Positions 61,592-64,000 of a stretch of DNA of 64,000 nucleotides are shown piece by piece. The translations under genes and the position numbers were made by a program. Source of the stretch: Eledone cirrhosa (lineage: Eukaryota); NCBI GenBank assembly GCA_964016885.1, contig OZ024741.1, positions 13,206,001 to 13,270,000 on the forward strand. Direction: 5' to 3'. The notes under the pieces were generated by a model. That model did no database searches. It was not told the DNA's origin and saw nothing but the letters and a program-made list of their open reading frames with translations. Numbering within the stretch: position 1 is the stretch's first letter; each line of letters begins with the position of its first letter.

Positions 61592-61771
61592 CAGTGGTTC
61601 TCAACCTTTTGTTTTTCCAATGGCACACCTTGGAACACATGAAAAAATAGCGGCACACCTGACTAAATATATATGAAAAATATTTGAATTTTACAAAATA
61701 AAAACATGGCGAAAATGAAGTTTCGCTGCACACTTAGGAAGATCTCGATGCACACTGGTTGAGAATCACTG
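61592..61771. mobile_element. hAT (Charlie-like) MITE
   Basis: TIRs CAGTGGTTCTCAACC and GGTTGAGAATCACTG. The 8-bp flanks are TTCTAACC and TTCTAGCG. Confidence 0.8.
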
Positions 61772-62471
61772 TTCTAGCGACTCAGTCAATTTGTCCCTTT
61801 CAACACGTTTAAAGCCTGACTATATCTGTGCGCAGGCGCAGTGTGAAGGCAGACGATTAATCCATTGGTGTTAATTGAACTTCTCTGTGTAATGCTACAG
61901 CTGGGATCATTTATCTGACAAGAGAGGTGTCACAGAAGAAGACGGCGAAGAGATCGAGTTAATCAGGTCAAACCAATATGATGATTGCAACAATATAGAG
62001 AAATGTTGGCTTCAAACAGGAATTTATCTATTGATTAATGACTTAGCTGTCTATATGTTGTGGTTGTTGTTCTTGTTGTTTCTCTTTTAACGTCATCGAT
62101 TTTCGTCTTTATGGGATACTAAAGAGAGACTATAAATATAACTCTCTTTAGATGTTGCGAACACGTTAAGATAGAGCAAGAGGTATGTACAATTATATGA
62201 AGATGATGATGATGCAGTTTCAATTCCTAGCTGAAACCACTTCATTTATGTCATCAATGTCCTCGGGTGGAAGGTAGAACCATAAAACAGTTTCTTTCCT
62301 CCGAAAATATAGTTTTTCGTACTTTGTCCAAAAAAACATCCACATTTTCTTTCTCTAGATCCATTTCTTTGGGACAGGTGACGTTTTATTTGGTAGAAGT
62401 AGGAGATTATGTGACATTCGTGCTTTTATTAAGAATAAAGTCAATATGAGGGGAACTGACAGAATCACTAA

Positions 62472-62975
62472 TGTGGTGGATTAAATGTTTTGATAGTTGT
62501 TCGGTCTTTCTGTGCTATGAGTTCAAATCCTGTTGAGAGTCAATTCTGCCTTTCGTTATTTGGGGTGGATTGGCAGAATCGGTAGAGCGTCAGATAACAA
62601 GCTTCGCGACATAGAGTTATGACTCTTTTTTTCTGAGTTCAAATCTCACCGAGGTTAGCTTTGCATTACATCCTTACGGGTCGATAAAATAAATTACTCT
62701 CCATTATTTGGGATTCGATAATGGGTGGTCGGTTGGCAGAATCGTTAGAGCGTCGAACAAAATACTTTTAGAGTTTAGTCACGACCTTTTACGTTCTGGG
62801 TTCAAATCCCACCGAGGTCTACTTTCCATTTCATCTTTCCGGAGTCGATAAAATAAAATACCAGTAATGCAGTGAGGTCGATTTAATTGACTTTTCCCTC
62901 CACCACCCCTTCAAAATTGTTGGACTTGGGTCTAAATAAGAAACCACTATTTTTAAAGGGCGGTGGATTGGCAAT
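62472..62975 (+). mobile_element. Cluster of three or four head-to-tail degenerate SINEs
   Basis: GGTGGATT/GGCAGAATCG heads with GTTCAAATC B-boxes at about 62520, 62637 and 62800. Confidence 0.78.
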
Positions 62976-64000
62976 TCACCGCCTTATAACGACGATAGAT
63001 AAAGATAATACTTGAGACATAAGTAGTGAAAGTTTGATTGAGGAAAGACGAGAGGCTGGATCATCAATAATCAACATAAAAGTCCACAAACAAAATATTG
63101 ATATTAACATTTATATGATCAATTAATAGATCTCATTCATACTATTTTATGTTGTTATCTGTTTTATATAAACATATAATGTCAACTATATTTTACAGAA
63201 GTTATACAATGATGGAAATATTTTATAAAAAGATAAAAACATAATTAAGTAATGAGAAAAGTGGGGAAGGGATGCTTATTTAAAGTTGTAATTGACCGAT
63301 TTGGGGAAAAGGTAACGTTAATGAAATGAGAACCAGTACTTAACTAGGACTTTAAGTTATCGACCCTGACGTGATTTAAACTTAGATTATAAAGAGTCAA
63401 AAGAAATACCGCAAGGTACCGACGTTCTACTAATTCTACCAATTTACCATCCGTTCTTCAACAAATATTGTATAGTCAGGTCGATCATTTATTAACAACA
63501 TTCATTCATATCAAAACTAAGATATGGTATGAGTTCATATTTAATACTTCCCACATTCTAAGGATTGATCATGTGAAACATGGGAGGTTTTCTGTCGCAC
63601 CCTGTATAAAAGAATATGAAGAGAAAGATTATAAATACGATTCATATATAAATTTCCCAATTGCTGGCGTGGGGTGGGCTAAGAAATATTAAAATGTCCA
63701 CTTTAGTAACAATATATTCTAAATGGCGATGTGAAGTCTTACGCTTGGCCGTCCTTTAGTCTCAGCTCAGCCTCGTACAAACATCTCAGCTGTAATTATA
63801 CTGTTATTTTCTGACAATATATTAAGAACGACATTATCTAATGCAGGCTCACAAAATAAATAAAATGGGCCTACAATAAAAAATCTACAAAGATAAGCCA
63901 AAGCCACACATAGACATATTGGGTTACAAAGTAAATTTAGTTCTTGCTGTTGGTTACAATAAAGAAAAGTCTAAAAAAACGCTGATTTAAGGTGCCCCCC

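Overview
Eukaryotic, AT- and microsatellite-rich animal DNA. The SINE and (TA)n/(CA)n/(TATG)n profile suggests a cephalopod such as octopus (inference). Almost the whole window is retroelement-derived. It holds Tx1/L1-clade LINEs (two head-to-tail copies at 0.5-10.9 kb plus fragments), R4/Dong-type and CRE-type RLE elements, RTE LINEs, two Penelope-like elements with long inverted pseudo-LTRs, many tRNA-derived SINEs and small mariner, hAT and Helitron-type remnants. The only recognisable host gene is a single-coding-exon LRRC51-like ORF on the minus strand at 39.5-40.1 kb. The main unexplained signal is about 20 type I hammerhead ribozyme motifs between 16 and 51 kb. They sit in several unrelated non-coding 0.4-0.6 kb units arranged as tandem plus inverted or circularly permuted copies, mostly in (TA)n tracts (retrozyme-like). 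They include U3-A8 compensatory core variants, U-U closure of stem II and multibranched stem II insertions. All folds were read by eye, and element boundaries are approximate.
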